This document shows positions 28,820 through 39,047 of a stretch of 64,000 nt of DNA, in pieces. Made by a program: the position numbers and the translations under genes. Below the pieces are notes generated by a model that worked only from the letters and a program-made list of their open reading frames with translations, did no database searches and was not told the origin of the DNA. Every line of letters begins with the position of its first letter. Within the stretch, counting starts at the first letter, position 1. The stretch is from a virus (lineage: Duplodnaviria; Caudoviricetes), in IMG/VR virus record IMGVR_UViG_3300012007_000001, positions 32,001 through 96,000 of that record; one strand, 5' to 3'.

Positions 28820-29575
28820 TTATTTTGAACATACTCCAAGTTTTTTCTTTTCAAGTTCCATCAATGTCAGTATGCAGTAGTTGGCCATATCCATCAATGA
28901 GTCATTGATGCTTTCTTGTTTGACCTGCCCCTCTGCCTCGGAAAGTACCTCGACACGGTTCAGCTTTTCTTCAAGGTGCATCCTTGCATACTTCATTCCA
29001 TATTTCTCAAACAGCTTGGCAAACGAGTTGCCGTAGTCGTGATTCTTGGCCTTGAATGTGTCGGCCATCCATTCGGTGATACGCTTGAATCGGTCTGCAT
29101 CGGTCATGTTCAGTTCAAAGTCGCGGATGTTCTTTTGCACCAGCTTTGCAATCTGACTGCTATGGAAATAGGGGATGACCTTGTTATCACCTTTCAGCTG
29201 CGGATATTTCTCCATGTACTCCAGTGCTGCATCCTTGCTGTTAAACAGAAGAACGGAAAGGTCATGCGCACCGCCCATGTGCATTGCACCTTTCTCGTCA
29301 ATACGCTGGAATACATAATCGTACATGTTCTTTCTGTAACCTATCACCCATGCGTCAGGTCGAAGGTCGCCGATTCTGATGATTTCCTCGTCCTTTGCGT
29401 AGTGCCGTGCGTCATCGCGGCTTATGAACTTGAACGCCAGTTCGATGTCATTTGTATAGCTACCTTGAGACTGCATGAATGCCGTCTTGCAGCGTTGTGT
29501 TTCCGCATCAAACTGGCAGTCAACAACAACAAATAAATTGTCTAACAGATATTCTTTCTTTTCCATAAACATCAT
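28820..29575 (-). CDS. protein with C-terminal DUF1599 / nucleotide-modification-associated domain 1
   Basis: KNHDYGNSF...EKLNR...ESINDSLMDMANYCI. Confidence 0.8.
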   Translation of the reverse strand: MMFMEKKEYLLDNLFVVVDCQFDAETQRCKTAFMQSQGSYTNDIELAFKFISRDDARHYAKDEEIIRIGDLRPDAWVIGYRKNMYDYVFQRIDEKGAMHMGGAHDLSVLLFNSKDAALEYMEKYPQLKGDNKVIPYFHSSQIAKLVQKNIRDFELNMTDADRFKRITEWMADTFKAKNHDYGNSFAKLFEKYGMKYARMHLEEKLNRVEVLSEAEGQVKQESINDSLMDMANYCILTLMELEKKKLGVCSK

Positions 29576-30204
29576 TTTGTACCTGTACTGCCAAAGCCGC
29601 CGTCACCGCGCTCACTTTCATCCAGCTTATCTACCAATATAAGTTCTGTATTGGGTACTGGAAGAATTGCCATCTGACCAATCTTGTAGCCTTTTGCCAA
29701 CGTCACGGAAGACTTGTCAACCTTGCCGTTTTCGTCAATCCTGCTTGGTGTGGGGTGGTGATTATCGACAATACATCCGACTACACCACGGTAGCCTGCA
29801 TCCACGATGCCAGTCTTTACTTCCGCATCTATGCGCTCGCCGTTTACATTCTCAAGCCCTTTCGACATATTCCCGCTTCGTGAACGGATGTATGCACAAT
29901 AGCCTTGCGGCAGCTGTATGCAGAATCCCAATGGTATCTGCTGACGGCCATGTTTCAATACCGTTTCCGATGGCAGATACAAGTCATAGCAGGCATCGTC
30001 ATCATGTGCCTTTACTGGCATAATCCCACCTTCACGCAACACTATCTTGATGTCAACAGGAGCGTCATGCTCCACTTGCCACCAGTCAAGTTTTGCTACC
30101 ATGAAGTTAAAATACAAGAAGATTGCCAAGAATGAAAAGGCAATGACAATTAACAATCCGATATTATTCAGTTCCATTTTCGATAATTGATGTTTTTGTT
30201 TCAC
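29572..30204 (-). CDS. dut: trimeric dUTPase
   Basis: ACYDL, RSRSG, GIVDAGYRG, IGQ, RGDGGFGSTG motifs. Confidence 0.95.
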   Translation of the reverse strand: MKQKHQLSKMELNNIGLLIVIAFSFLAIFLYFNFMVAKLDWWQVEHDAPVDIKIVLREGGIMPVKAHDDDACYDLYLPSETVLKHGRQQIPLGFCIQLPQGYCAYIRSRSGNMSKGLENVNGERIDAEVKTGIVDAGYRGVVGCIVDNHHPTPSRIDENGKVDKSSVTLAKGYKIGQMAILPVPNTELILVDKLDESERGDGGFGSTGTK

Positions 30205-30792
30205 TAAATCTTTCCTTCAATTTCACGCAGAAGGATTTCGCGTCGTAATACACGGATTCGACATACCAAAGCGACTGCCTGAATCCGTTTCTTAACTGGA
30301 TGGTATCAAACGGATAGCACACCCAATCGTTATTGTTATGGAAACACTCCCAGCATTCCTGCCTGTCATGTACCAAACACATATCATGCGGATTCGTTGT
30401 CTTTGCGCTGTAGCATAGACGCTTTATCCAGTGTGCATTGAACGGGATGCGTACAATCCCACCAGCCTTGATGGAATCGTACTCACCCTTTGTCATTTGA
30501 TAATAGAGCCGCATTGTTCCGAAATCTTTTGTCTCACAACCTTGTCTATTGCCCTATTCATAAACACAGTAAACATCCTGTCTGCAATCATAAGAATTGC
30601 CGCATAGGATGACATGAAAGCCGCCAATCCGTACTTCCAGCCATAGAACCACGTCACAGCCACACCGATAACGCCAGCAAGCATCAGCAATATGGCTGCA
30701 AGCATGAATTTTCTGTGATAGGCATAGATATAGATTCCCAGCTTATCCTCGTCTGTGATTTCGCACTTTAGTTCGTACATCAGTTTCATCTG

Positions 30793-31278
30793 CTACTGTT
30801 CGTATTCGGGCTTATCGTCCTGTTCTTTCTTCTTGTACTCAAACACGTCGATTATGTTGGTTTCCGATACAGATGAGATAACATAGTCTATCATCGTACC
30901 ACCCATGATTTCTTCGATGCCCTTTACAGCACTTTGCAGCGTACCAGCCTGCACAAGATAGCAGCAGTTCGTCCGTTTCTCCTTTTCCGTCTTTTCATCA
31001 ATAGTGATGAATTGCAGCTTGGCCTTATACCAGCGGTCTGCCATTTCATCGTCATTGAAGAAAATCTCCTTGAATGGGCATTTCTTCATGTCATCAACCG
31101 TGAACTCGCCGCTGATGTACGCGGACATTTCCTCAATCATGCGACCTTCGCCCTCGGTGAACGAAAGCGCATCGACAACGTAGTTTTCAGATACTTTCTT
31201 CTGTAAACCATCTTCCATTGTCTTTTCATACCGAATCTTTACATTAAACCATTCGGCTGTTCTACTTCTGTAAGCCAT
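30793..31278 (-). CDS. DUF4494-like protein
   Basis: WF.VKIRYEK..EDG.QKKV.E.YVVDALSFTE.E...WYKAKL.FITIDEK. Confidence 0.85.
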   Translation of the reverse strand: MAYRSRTAEWFNVKIRYEKTMEDGLQKKVSENYVVDALSFTEGEGRMIEEMSAYISGEFTVDDMKKCPFKEIFFNDDEMADRWYKAKLQFITIDEKTEKEKRTNCCYLVQAGTLQSAVKGIEEIMGGTMIDYVISSVSETNIIDVFEYKKKEQDDKPEYEQ

Positions 31279-31283
31279 AATCT

Positions 31284-31817
31284 TTAATCTTCTTTTTTGT
31301 TAGACTTCATGTATTTAATTCTCTCGTTTACATAGTATTCCAAATCCACGTCTTCCGACTTAGCCCAACTGATAATGAATCCCGTCATCATAATCACGCG
31401 CTTTTTGATGGGTACTACGGACATTACCAGCTTCGCAAAGGAAAAGCAGTTGTTATTGAACGTGAACTCCGTGAAATTGCGCTTAAATTCAGGCTCCAGT
31501 GCCTCAAAGTTCATTTCTTTTGCAGCGGCCAAATCCAAGACACCCAACATCAGGTCTGCGAACCGTTCTTCTGTTGACAATCGGATATATTGCCTGTAAT
31601 TCCTTACGGGATTTGGCTTCTTGAACAGTCTGCGTTCATTATTGTAATGCTCGTAACTTCCACGGTCTGCAATCCGCTTCAACTTCACTGCGATTCGCAA
31701 GGCTGTAAGATAATCCAGCAGCCTGACCAATCCCTCTCCGATGTCTGATTTGTCCCATAACCCAGCATTTAGGGCATGTATCTCTTTTGAAACTCTTTCA
31801 AGTTGTTCCTTTGTCAT
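31284..31817 (-). CDS. degenerate MazG-like all-alpha protein
   Basis: EE.FAD....LDLA...DLE..V..+..Y pattern. Confidence 0.45.
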   Translation of the reverse strand: MTKEQLERVSKEIHALNAGLWDKSDIGEGLVRLLDYLTALRIAVKLKRIADRGSYEHYNNERRLFKKPNPVRNYRQYIRLSTEERFADLMLGVLDLAAAKEMNFEALEPEFKRNFTEFTFNNNCFSFAKLVMSVVPIKKRVIMMTGFIISWAKSEDVDLEYYVNERIKYMKSNKKED

Positions 31818-32084
31818 GGATTCATAATTTTTTTGATGTAGGCATCCCGCAGATGTTTGATGACATCGCCAACGTCACTTGCCTTGACATTCCACTGCCC
31901 CTCAATGTTAGACACATGAAACAGCGGCATACCACACACCACAATTTCGTTGATTAACTCGCCGTTTTCAACCCTGCATGTAGGATAAATCTCGGTCTCT
32001 GCCATTTCCACAGCTTTATTGCGCATATCCGTTTGTGTGCGCTCTGCGAAATAATTTTTGATTTTACTTAAACTAATTTCCATT

Positions 32085-32654
32085 TTATTTCCTATATTTT
32101 TGAAATTTATTACCCCAGTTTCCCGAATTATGTTTCCGAATTAAAGAACTTGCCTTATTCTTCATCATTTTATACATGTCATCACACCTTTCTCCCCATG
32201 CCAAATCGTTTTCGTATTCCGAATTTTCGCGCATATACTTCATCTTGGCTTGTATCATTTCAGATAATTCCTTGATGTCGTTATGTATCTCATAATTCAA
32301 GGTCTTGTCTGTGCGATGCAACACGTCGTTGATGTCATTGATGCAGGATTCCATAATGTCGATAGCCATAAACAGCGTTACATTCAACATCTTTATTTCA
32401 TCCCTATCATCCTGAGGCAAAGGCACATCCTTAAACTCCATCTCTTCATATTCTTCATTCACTTCGTCGAGATAAGCCTGCACTACAGTTCCGAAAAGGA
32501 CTTCAATGACCTTGCCCAATGCTAAAGCGGCATCAAAGTCTTTTTTCTGCTGCAAGAGATACTGCTGTGTCCGCAATCCCTTCACCTTCGGGTCGGCTTC
32601 AAACTTGTTGCGTATCTGAGACATTAACTCAGCTGGTATATCCTTTGCTTCCAT
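32085..32654 (-). CDS. hypothetical protein
   Basis: 189-aa ORF in operon. Confidence 0.6.
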   Translation of the reverse strand: MEAKDIPAELMSQIRNKFEADPKVKGLRTQQYLLQQKKDFDAALALGKVIEVLFGTVVQAYLDEVNEEYEEMEFKDVPLPQDDRDEIKMLNVTLFMAIDIMESCINDINDVLHRTDKTLNYEIHNDIKELSEMIQAKMKYMRENSEYENDLAWGERCDDMYKMMKNKASSLIRKHNSGNWGNKFQKYRK

Positions 32655-32655
32655 A

Positions 32656-33210
32656 TCAGAATTTCAATGTTTGCTGTTCACCGACAATCTGTTTCTTTCG
32701 CATATCCCAATACCTGCACGATGCCAGCCTTGCGACCGTCAGCCTTTCTTCAAGGAACAGCTTACGCGCACCACTGCGATTACTTAGCTTTTTCGGCTCG
32801 TAGCTGAGATAGCCACGTTCATCATACCAAATAACAGCAGGGTAGAACTGCGTCACGCGGTTTTCAAATTCGCTTTCGTGGTTGTAGAGCAAGCCTATCT
32901 TTTTCCATTCAGCCTGAAACAACTCCAACGCCTTTTCACGTATCGACTTTGGCAGGCAGTAATAGAATCTATACACCTTTTCGTCATTGTGAAAGATGTC
33001 TTTCTTGAAGTCTGCCCTCAAATCCTCGATTGAACGCTTGATTTCTATTTCCGTCAGATAGCCGCTTTTGTTGACAATGGCGAGGTCTGCCTCATGATTC
33101 AGCAAGCCCCATGACAGGTTAGGGATGATGATGTCATTCCGTACACTGGCCATGCCCGAACCGAATATCAGCGCGTTTTCTATGTCACGCACACTTAGAT
33201 TCGTGTCCAT
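32656..33210 (-). CDS. PD-(D/E)XK nuclease-like (MmcB-like) protein
   Basis: HEADL.....GYLTEIEIKRS..D..ADFKK. Confidence 0.75.
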   Translation of the reverse strand: MDTNLSVRDIENALIFGSGMASVRNDIIIPNLSWGLLNHEADLAIVNKSGYLTEIEIKRSIEDLRADFKKDIFHNDEKVYRFYYCLPKSIREKALELFQAEWKKIGLLYNHESEFENRVTQFYPAVIWYDERGYLSYEPKKLSNRSGARKLFLEERLTVARLASCRYWDMRKKQIVGEQQTLKF

Positions 33211-33213
33211 ATC

Positions 33214-33423
33214 CTACTGCTTGACGAAAATCACATTCTTACCGTCCTTTCGCTTGTCAGCCTTGCATTCACCGTGAAAGTTCCACACATTCATGCGGTT
33301 GCAGTGCTGATGACGATAGAAACAGCCATCACAACTCTTGCTTTCTGACTCCTTGACCTGCAAAGAAACCGACCTGTTTCTGTCTGTGCGGTCATTGTAA
33401 ACTTCACCAATTTGCCTTTCCAT
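33214..33423 (-). CDS. small Cys-rich protein (paralog of 14761-14979)
   Basis: MERQIGEV...CDGCFY...C...GEC....RKDGKNVIF. Confidence 0.65.
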   Translation of the reverse strand: MERQIGEVYNDRTDRNRSVSLQVKESESKSCDGCFYRHQHCNRMNVWNFHGECKADKRKDGKNVIFVKQ

Positions 33424-33425
33424 AA

Positions 33426-33962
33426 TTATATAGTTTTGAATTTATATCCATGCACAGTGCCGTTTCTTGATAGCGCACCTGATATTTGATTCTTCGGGAT
33501 GCCGAGGTCAACGGCTGCGGCCTTGATAGACGGGTATTCCTTCCCTGTAGTGACACAAAGGACTGGCTTTCTTACTACCACCTTGCCGAACCTGCAATTA
33601 GGGTCATGCACAAGCCTGTAAGCCGTCTGCCTGTACTGCTCTTTTCGCTTTTGCCGACTTTCCTCCGACCATTCCGACATGGGCTTGAATGTTGACGTGC
33701 CTTTCTTCATCGGCTGCGTGTACTTCGTGCGCTTATATGCCAATTCATGCGTCCTGCCCTCAAGCCATAACTTATGATACTCGTCGTTATACATCCATTT
33801 CAGGCCGTAGTACAGATGACCAGTCTTGCAGGCATCGCTAATCTTGCCTGCTGTCAGGTTGTACTTCCGTGCCGCATCGACTATCCTTTCAAAATAGCCG
33901 CACATCGAACCGTCTGCATCAACGGCAACAATGTCCTTTGTTCGTTTGTCTTTCTTTTCCAT
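33426..33962 (-). CDS. NUMOD1-like DNA-binding repeat protein
   Basis: two repeats F..I.DAARK...IS.AC..G...G.KW and YPSIKAAA..L...IS......GYKF. Confidence 0.7.
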   Translation of the reverse strand: MEKKDKRTKDIVAVDADGSMCGYFERIVDAARKYNLTAGKISDACKTGHLYYGLKWMYNDEYHKLWLEGRTHELAYKRTKYTQPMKKGTSTFKPMSEWSEESRQKRKEQYRQTAYRLVHDPNCRFGKVVVRKPVLCVTTGKEYPSIKAAAVDLGIPKNQISGALSRNGTVHGYKFKTI

Positions 33963-33964
33963 AG

Positions 33965-34105
33965 TAGAGGGAGCAGGGCTCGAACCTGCGACACACACAA
34001 TCCATGTGTAACTTCATGTATGCGAGGCTGCTATTCTTGCGCTCGTATTTACAGCCATCCTCCCGTTCCATATACGGGTGTGCTAACCAACTACACCATC
34101 CCCCT
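33965..34105 (-). ncRNA. tRNA-like RNA with about 70-nt variable-region insertion (anticodon position ATG)
   Basis: acceptor AGGGGGA/TCCCTCT, D arm GTGT/GCAC, anticodon arm CCCGT-ATATGGA-ACGGG, T arm GCAGG-TTCGAGC-CCTGC. Confidence 0.7.
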
Positions 34106-34613
34106 GTTTTCAAAAATGGCGGCGGGCTGCGCTACCAGCCTCTCGCGCCCTGCATGACGGTGGATTCACACCCTTTCCATTTTATAAGGGTTTCTATCCG
34201 AATAAATTGAAACGTATTGCAATGCAGGTTTTACCGCTATAGGACATACCTAACCACCGAATAACTTAATTTTTTATCAATCGTATGAACATGTAACCAT
34301 TTCCCACCCTTCAACCCTTGCACTCCCATTTAGCTGGCGGTCTGTGTCTGTAACCCGCCATCGTATTTGAATCGGGAGGTGTCATTGTAATGTATTCCGT
34401 AACGAATAGCATCAGCGTCGTTTCAGAATTGATTGGCAGCATTGTGAAACACGCCGTTTCAGCAGCATCGAAATGCAATGACTTTGCTACTACCGCCGTT
34501 TTCCTTCCGTCATCGTATAACGGCCTTGCTTCGGCAGTGAACATCAGACTGGCGAGAAATGCAGTCACCAAAAAGAGATTCATTTTCATGAGCAAAACTT
34601 TGTTTTTTAGTTA

Positions 34614-35429
34614 TTAAATGACCGAACTGAAAAGATTCGGCTGAATATTCTCTTCTATAAACTTGCAGGCTTCCCGATAGAAATTCTTGTCTATTTCAAA
34701 GCCGTAAGCCTTACGCCCAAGATTCGCGGCTGCAAGCAACGTCGAGCCACTGCCAGCCACGGGGTCAATCACAACATCGTCGGGGTCTGTGAACAGTTCT
34801 ATCAGACGCTCCAGCAGTGCAATGGGCTTTTGTGTCGGATGGATTTTCTTCACACGGGTTTCACGGGGAAATTCCATGCAGTTGAAAACCATATTGCCAT
34901 TGTTGTTGAACTTCGGCAACCTGTCACGGTACAGGACTAATCCCCATTCCGTATTTCCGACAATCTTCATGTTTGCCTTGAGCACCTGTGCCGAATAGTT
35001 CTTTCTGAACACCAACGGTATGTATTTTGCAAGGCCATAACGCTTTCCAAGGTCAATGAAATATTGAAGCTGGTCAAACGCACAGAACAGAACCATGCAC
35101 GGCGACTGGCTTTTCATCTTACTGCCGACCTTCGGGGCGTTTTCAAGTTCCTCTTCACTGACACCGTATTTCGGCTCTTTCACCAACAGCTGACTGCAAA
35201 AGTGCATAAACTCCGCAGGTTTGAAGTTGACATCAGAATTAAAGAACTGCTTACCTGCAAGTTCCGATTCACCGTTTTTATTGTCACCATCCTTATACCA
35301 CGCGGGGTTGCTGGCATAGGCATTGTTACCAAGCGAATACGGCACGTCCGCAATAATCAGCTGTGCCTTTGGTATCTGATAGCCTTTCCAGTTTTGATAG
35401 GAATCATTATACAGTTCTATCCGTTTCAT
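34614..35429 (-). CDS. DNA N4/N6 methyltransferase (beta class)
   Basis: IADVPY, HPTQKP, DPVAGSGST. Confidence 0.9.
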   Translation of the reverse strand: MKRIELYNDSYQNWKGYQIPKAQLIIADVPYSLGNNAYASNPAWYKDGDNKNGESELAGKQFFNSDVNFKPAEFMHFCSQLLVKEPKYGVSEEELENAPKVGSKMKSQSPCMVLFCAFDQLQYFIDLGKRYGLAKYIPLVFRKNYSAQVLKANMKIVGNTEWGLVLYRDRLPKFNNNGNMVFNCMEFPRETRVKKIHPTQKPIALLERLIELFTDPDDVVIDPVAGSGSTLLAAANLGRKAYGFEIDKNFYREACKFIEENIQPNLFSSVI

Positions 35430-35441
35430 TATTATCTTGTT

Positions 35442-36125
35442 TTACATATCAAACATATCAAGCTGTTTTGCCACCCTGCCATCTTTCAGTACCACCTCGC
35501 CATGACAGATTTCATTGAAGCGTTTCTCCTGTTCGCCATAATACTCATCGTCTATTTCCGTGGCGTAGAAATCAAAGCCCATTCTGTAGGCCGCTATCCT
35601 GCTGCTACCACTACCCAAAAACGGGTCAAAGATAACATCACCATTTTGCGCATAGTTTTTCAGAATCCACGCATACAGGGCTATAGGTTTCTGCGTAGGA
35701 TGTATGCGCGTTTCCTCGTTGTTCTGCTTCGTCGCCGCATACCGAAATATCTTTGCCGTCCTGTCCGTGAACGTAGTCAGTGCCAGTTCACACATGGCGA
35801 AAGACAACCCTTCGGGCTGTGCCTTATCCCACACAATCCACGCCTTTGAATCAACGGGTATTTCCGAAATGAAATGGTTTGCACCGAACACTATCAGATT
35901 CTTGGATATTCGCAGCATTTCGTCGAAATACTCCTTTGCTGGAGGTGTCTTATCCCATTCTTTGTATGCTCGGCCTTTCTCCTTGCAGATTCTTCCGCTG
36001 GAGTTGATGTCTATGCCATAAGGCGGGTCTGCAATGGTAAGGCTGAAATGTTTGTCGGGCAAAGTTTTCATGTAAGACAGGCAATCCATCTTGAAAACTT
36101 TACTTATAGGTTCATTTTCTACCAT
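35442..36125 (-). CDS. DNA N4/N6 methyltransferase (beta class)
   Basis: ADPPYG, HPTQKP, DPFLGSGS. Confidence 0.92.
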   Translation of the reverse strand: MVENEPISKVFKMDCLSYMKTLPDKHFSLTIADPPYGIDINSSGRICKEKGRAYKEWDKTPPAKEYFDEMLRISKNLIVFGANHFISEIPVDSKAWIVWDKAQPEGLSFAMCELALTTFTDRTAKIFRYAATKQNNEETRIHPTQKPIALYAWILKNYAQNGDVIFDPFLGSGSSRIAAYRMGFDFYATEIDDEYYGEQEKRFNEICHGEVVLKDGRVAKQLDMFDM

Positions 36126-36702
36126 TTTATTCTAAGTGTTCCAATATTGTTGTGTTTATACTTATACTCCACGTCAGGATGCTCCTCCTTATATCGTCGC
36201 TGACATGCCCTGCAATACGGCTGTCTGCCATCCTTTGCCTTTCGGGATAGATTGAACAGGTTGAACGGCAAAACCTTTCCGCAATATGGGCATCGCTTCT
36301 TTTTCTGCGTGAAGTCCATATCTTCAAACGGCAAAACTTGTTCTATGACTTTCTGCCGTTTTAGTGGCATCTGTATGATTTGCTGGCGTTCCGTTCTGCG
36401 TCTGAATAAGTCGAGCGTCAGCTGTCTATGTTTGTAGATTCGCCGTCGTTTCATTTTTCTTACATCTGTTTTTACGATACCATTCTCGGTGATATGCCCT
36501 GCGTCTTTCCACATCATGCTGAAACTTAACCTTCGGTGGCTTTGACAGCATTTCAACACTACGTCTTTCCTTCGCCTTGGCCAGTATGTCATCACGGTTA
36601 GCGATGTAATATTCATGCCGTTTGGCCAGCCGCTCGTCACGGTTTCGCATATACCGCTCATGGTCGAGCCGTTTTCTTCTTTCCTTCGATGTCTCTGTCA
36701 TC

Positions 36703-37845
36703 CTATATCCTCCTGTCCTTTGTAACCTTCCATACTTCCGCAAGCGGTGAGAGGTCGATTCTGTTTACCATCAGCTTGACCTCTTCGGGTGCTTTCTCGT
36801 AATAGAAGAAATCCCCTCGCTGCTTGTGCAGCCTTAACATTCGCTTGCAAGTGGCTGTGAAGTTCAAAACAGGCTTTCCAGCAACGATGCGGGTCAAAAG
36901 CAATGCTGCCGCCTGTCTTGATGCCGTCAACGTCCTGTCCTTTCCGAATTTCAAGGTATGTGCGCAATAGTATGCCATGTGTGGCAATAACCGCTGTGTT
37001 AAGTACTCGCAAATGGGCTTGATGTCCTTTGTCTGATGGTAGTCGTAAAGCAAAACGGATTCTTCCGCTGCATTGACAATAATCTCGTCGATGCGAGCCG
37101 CTTCATCCTTGTGCTGTTCCATTCTCCACCAGTCAGCCTTGTTGTCAGTCGGCCTAATCTTGCCTTGCTTGACGGCTTTCAGCCAGTTCACGCAGTCATC
37201 CCAATCCTTTGAGCGGTATCTGTAACGCTGGCCGCTGATGGTGATTTCTGCCCTCCAGCAATCCTTGAAAACTCGCTTTCCGTTTTTCCACCCTTTCGAT
37301 GCGTTGTCGTGGTAGATAGTACCTGTGCTTTTTCGTCCGAACTTGTTCTCAGAATCATACATATTGATGTTTTTCTCGTCTGCATAATCCTGTAACGAAT
37401 CCAAATGTTCGGGATGCTTATCAGCTTTTTTCGTTTCGGGCTTGGTATATGACTTTTTCCTGACTGGCTTTTGTTCAGCTGGAGGTTCTGTTTTGACAGG
37501 TTTTGACTCCAACGATGCAGATTTTGACGGCTTGTTTGACTTTTTCGGCTTTTCGTCGGTCAAAACTTCCTTATCGGGATGCAATAGGTCGCCATGATAC
37601 AGGTCTTTTGATTCTGCCCACCTGAACATGTGTTCCATACATGAACGGGCTTTCACCTTTCTGTCATTTGGCTGCTCTGAACACGCGCACCATAAAGACA
37701 ATGTAAAATCGCTGACCTCTTCAATATCCGTGTCTGCGTACTTCCTTAATATCACTGGCTGCATACTTTGCAGGCTTGACGACGCAAAGCGTTTCCATTC
37801 GGGCAGATTGCCCCACATTTGATATAGCTGTTTTATTGTCACCAT
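36703..37845 (-). CDS. hypothetical protein with AP2-like DNA-binding segment
   Basis: WRAEITISGQRYRYRSK after a Lys/Pro-rich linker. Confidence 0.5.
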   Translation of the reverse strand: MVTIKQLYQMWGNLPEWKRFASSSLQSMQPVILRKYADTDIEEVSDFTLSLWCACSEQPNDRKVKARSCMEHMFRWAESKDLYHGDLLHPDKEVLTDEKPKKSNKPSKSASLESKPVKTEPPAEQKPVRKKSYTKPETKKADKHPEHLDSLQDYADEKNINMYDSENKFGRKSTGTIYHDNASKGWKNGKRVFKDCWRAEITISGQRYRYRSKDWDDCVNWLKAVKQGKIRPTDNKADWWRMEQHKDEAARIDEIIVNAAEESVLLYDYHQTKDIKPICEYLTQRLLPHMAYYCAHTLKFGKDRTLTASRQAAALLLTRIVAGKPVLNFTATCKRMLRLHKQRGDFFYYEKAPEEVKLMVNRIDLSPLAEVWKVTKDRRI

Positions 37846-38768
37846 AATGTCAGTTGTTGTGGCTGCTTTTTCTTTTCTTCCGCAACACTCGTTTGTTCGC
37901 GGATGGGTTGAACTGCCGCAGCGTCTTTGCGGTCAACCTTGCGCTGCTCCTGTTTCTGTTCAGTTTCCTTTTCGTTCTGCATCCGTCTGACAGCCCACAT
38001 TCGGGTACTGACGAATCGCATCGGATTAGTGTATTTCCGTATGCTTGGGATGTTTGTCGGGAAAGGCCACATGGCCTCGTTGATGATATATCCCAGCCTA
38101 ACCTCGTCGGGTTCGCATAGCGTATCATGGCAGACAGCCTCGCCGAAACAGTTGTGCATCATCATGTTTATTGCCGACATCTTGACACAGTTGTAATCCA
38201 AATCTTCCGCAACAAGATACGGCCTTCGTGCCGCAATCGTCGCTGCATCCCATTTTGCTTCATCACGCATAGCATCCAGCATCAGTTTGTTTCCTGCAAG
38301 CAGAAGTCGGCTTGAGCCAGCCGCAGGGTCACTAATTGTAATCCTTCTGCCGAATGCCGTTTGCGTAGTTGCCCACGTCCTGCCGTAGTCATCCCAATTT
38401 CCGCTTCTGATACAGGTCTGTGCCGTAGCCATGCAGACACTTGGCGGTGTAAAAAACTGACCTTTGCCGCCACCGTTGGAGTGCAAAGACATATACAAGT
38501 CACCGAAAGCATCATACCAGCCCAGCTTTTCCGTCTGCTCCTTCATTATCAGGAAGTACACCCTTGCCATTTCACAGAAAGCCATAGACTCATCTTTCCC
38601 GAATTTCCATCCGTCGGGTTTGTTGCCGTCGGGGTCAAACATCCATAGCAGGTAATCAAGAAAGCCCTTAAACACTGTGTCGTAGTCGTAGCCCTTTCTG
38701 TGACATAAAGCCGTCATCAGTCTTTCAAGTGGTCTGATAGCGGCCTCGCCCATGTAATCCTTGCTCAT
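37839..38768 (-). CDS. HsdM-like SAM-binding protein (truncated N6-MTase family)
   Basis: GQFFTP, DPAAGSSRLLL, EDLD..CVKMSAIN; no NPPF/Y. Confidence 0.75.
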   Translation of the reverse strand: MSKDYMGEAAIRPLERLMTALCHRKGYDYDTVFKGFLDYLLWMFDPDGNKPDGWKFGKDESMAFCEMARVYFLIMKEQTEKLGWYDAFGDLYMSLHSNGGGKGQFFTPPSVCMATAQTCIRSGNWDDYGRTWATTQTAFGRRITISDPAAGSSRLLLAGNKLMLDAMRDEAKWDAATIAARRPYLVAEDLDYNCVKMSAINMMMHNCFGEAVCHDTLCEPDEVRLGYIINEAMWPFPTNIPSIRKYTNPMRFVSTRMWAVRRMQNEKETEQKQEQRKVDRKDAAAVQPIREQTSVAEEKKKQPQQLTLW

Positions 38769-39047
38769 ACCCCGTGTTCCTTATCGTATTCTTTCATCAT
38801 GTCACAATCGGCCATACACAGGCCATAGTCAATATCGCAGTGCCAGTCGTATATGATATGCGGGCAGGTAGCGATGAATGCTTCCCTTTCCTGCATTTCC
38901 GTCGAGCCGTCGAAGTAACACCTGCAAACATTCGTATCATCGTTTCTGACAATGCCCCTTTCGTCGCAAAAGCCCTTACCCCTCATGCTCTCCTTGCAGA
39001 ATTGGGTACTCAGAGGCTTTTTCTTGAAGATGCAGTTTCCACAAGTC

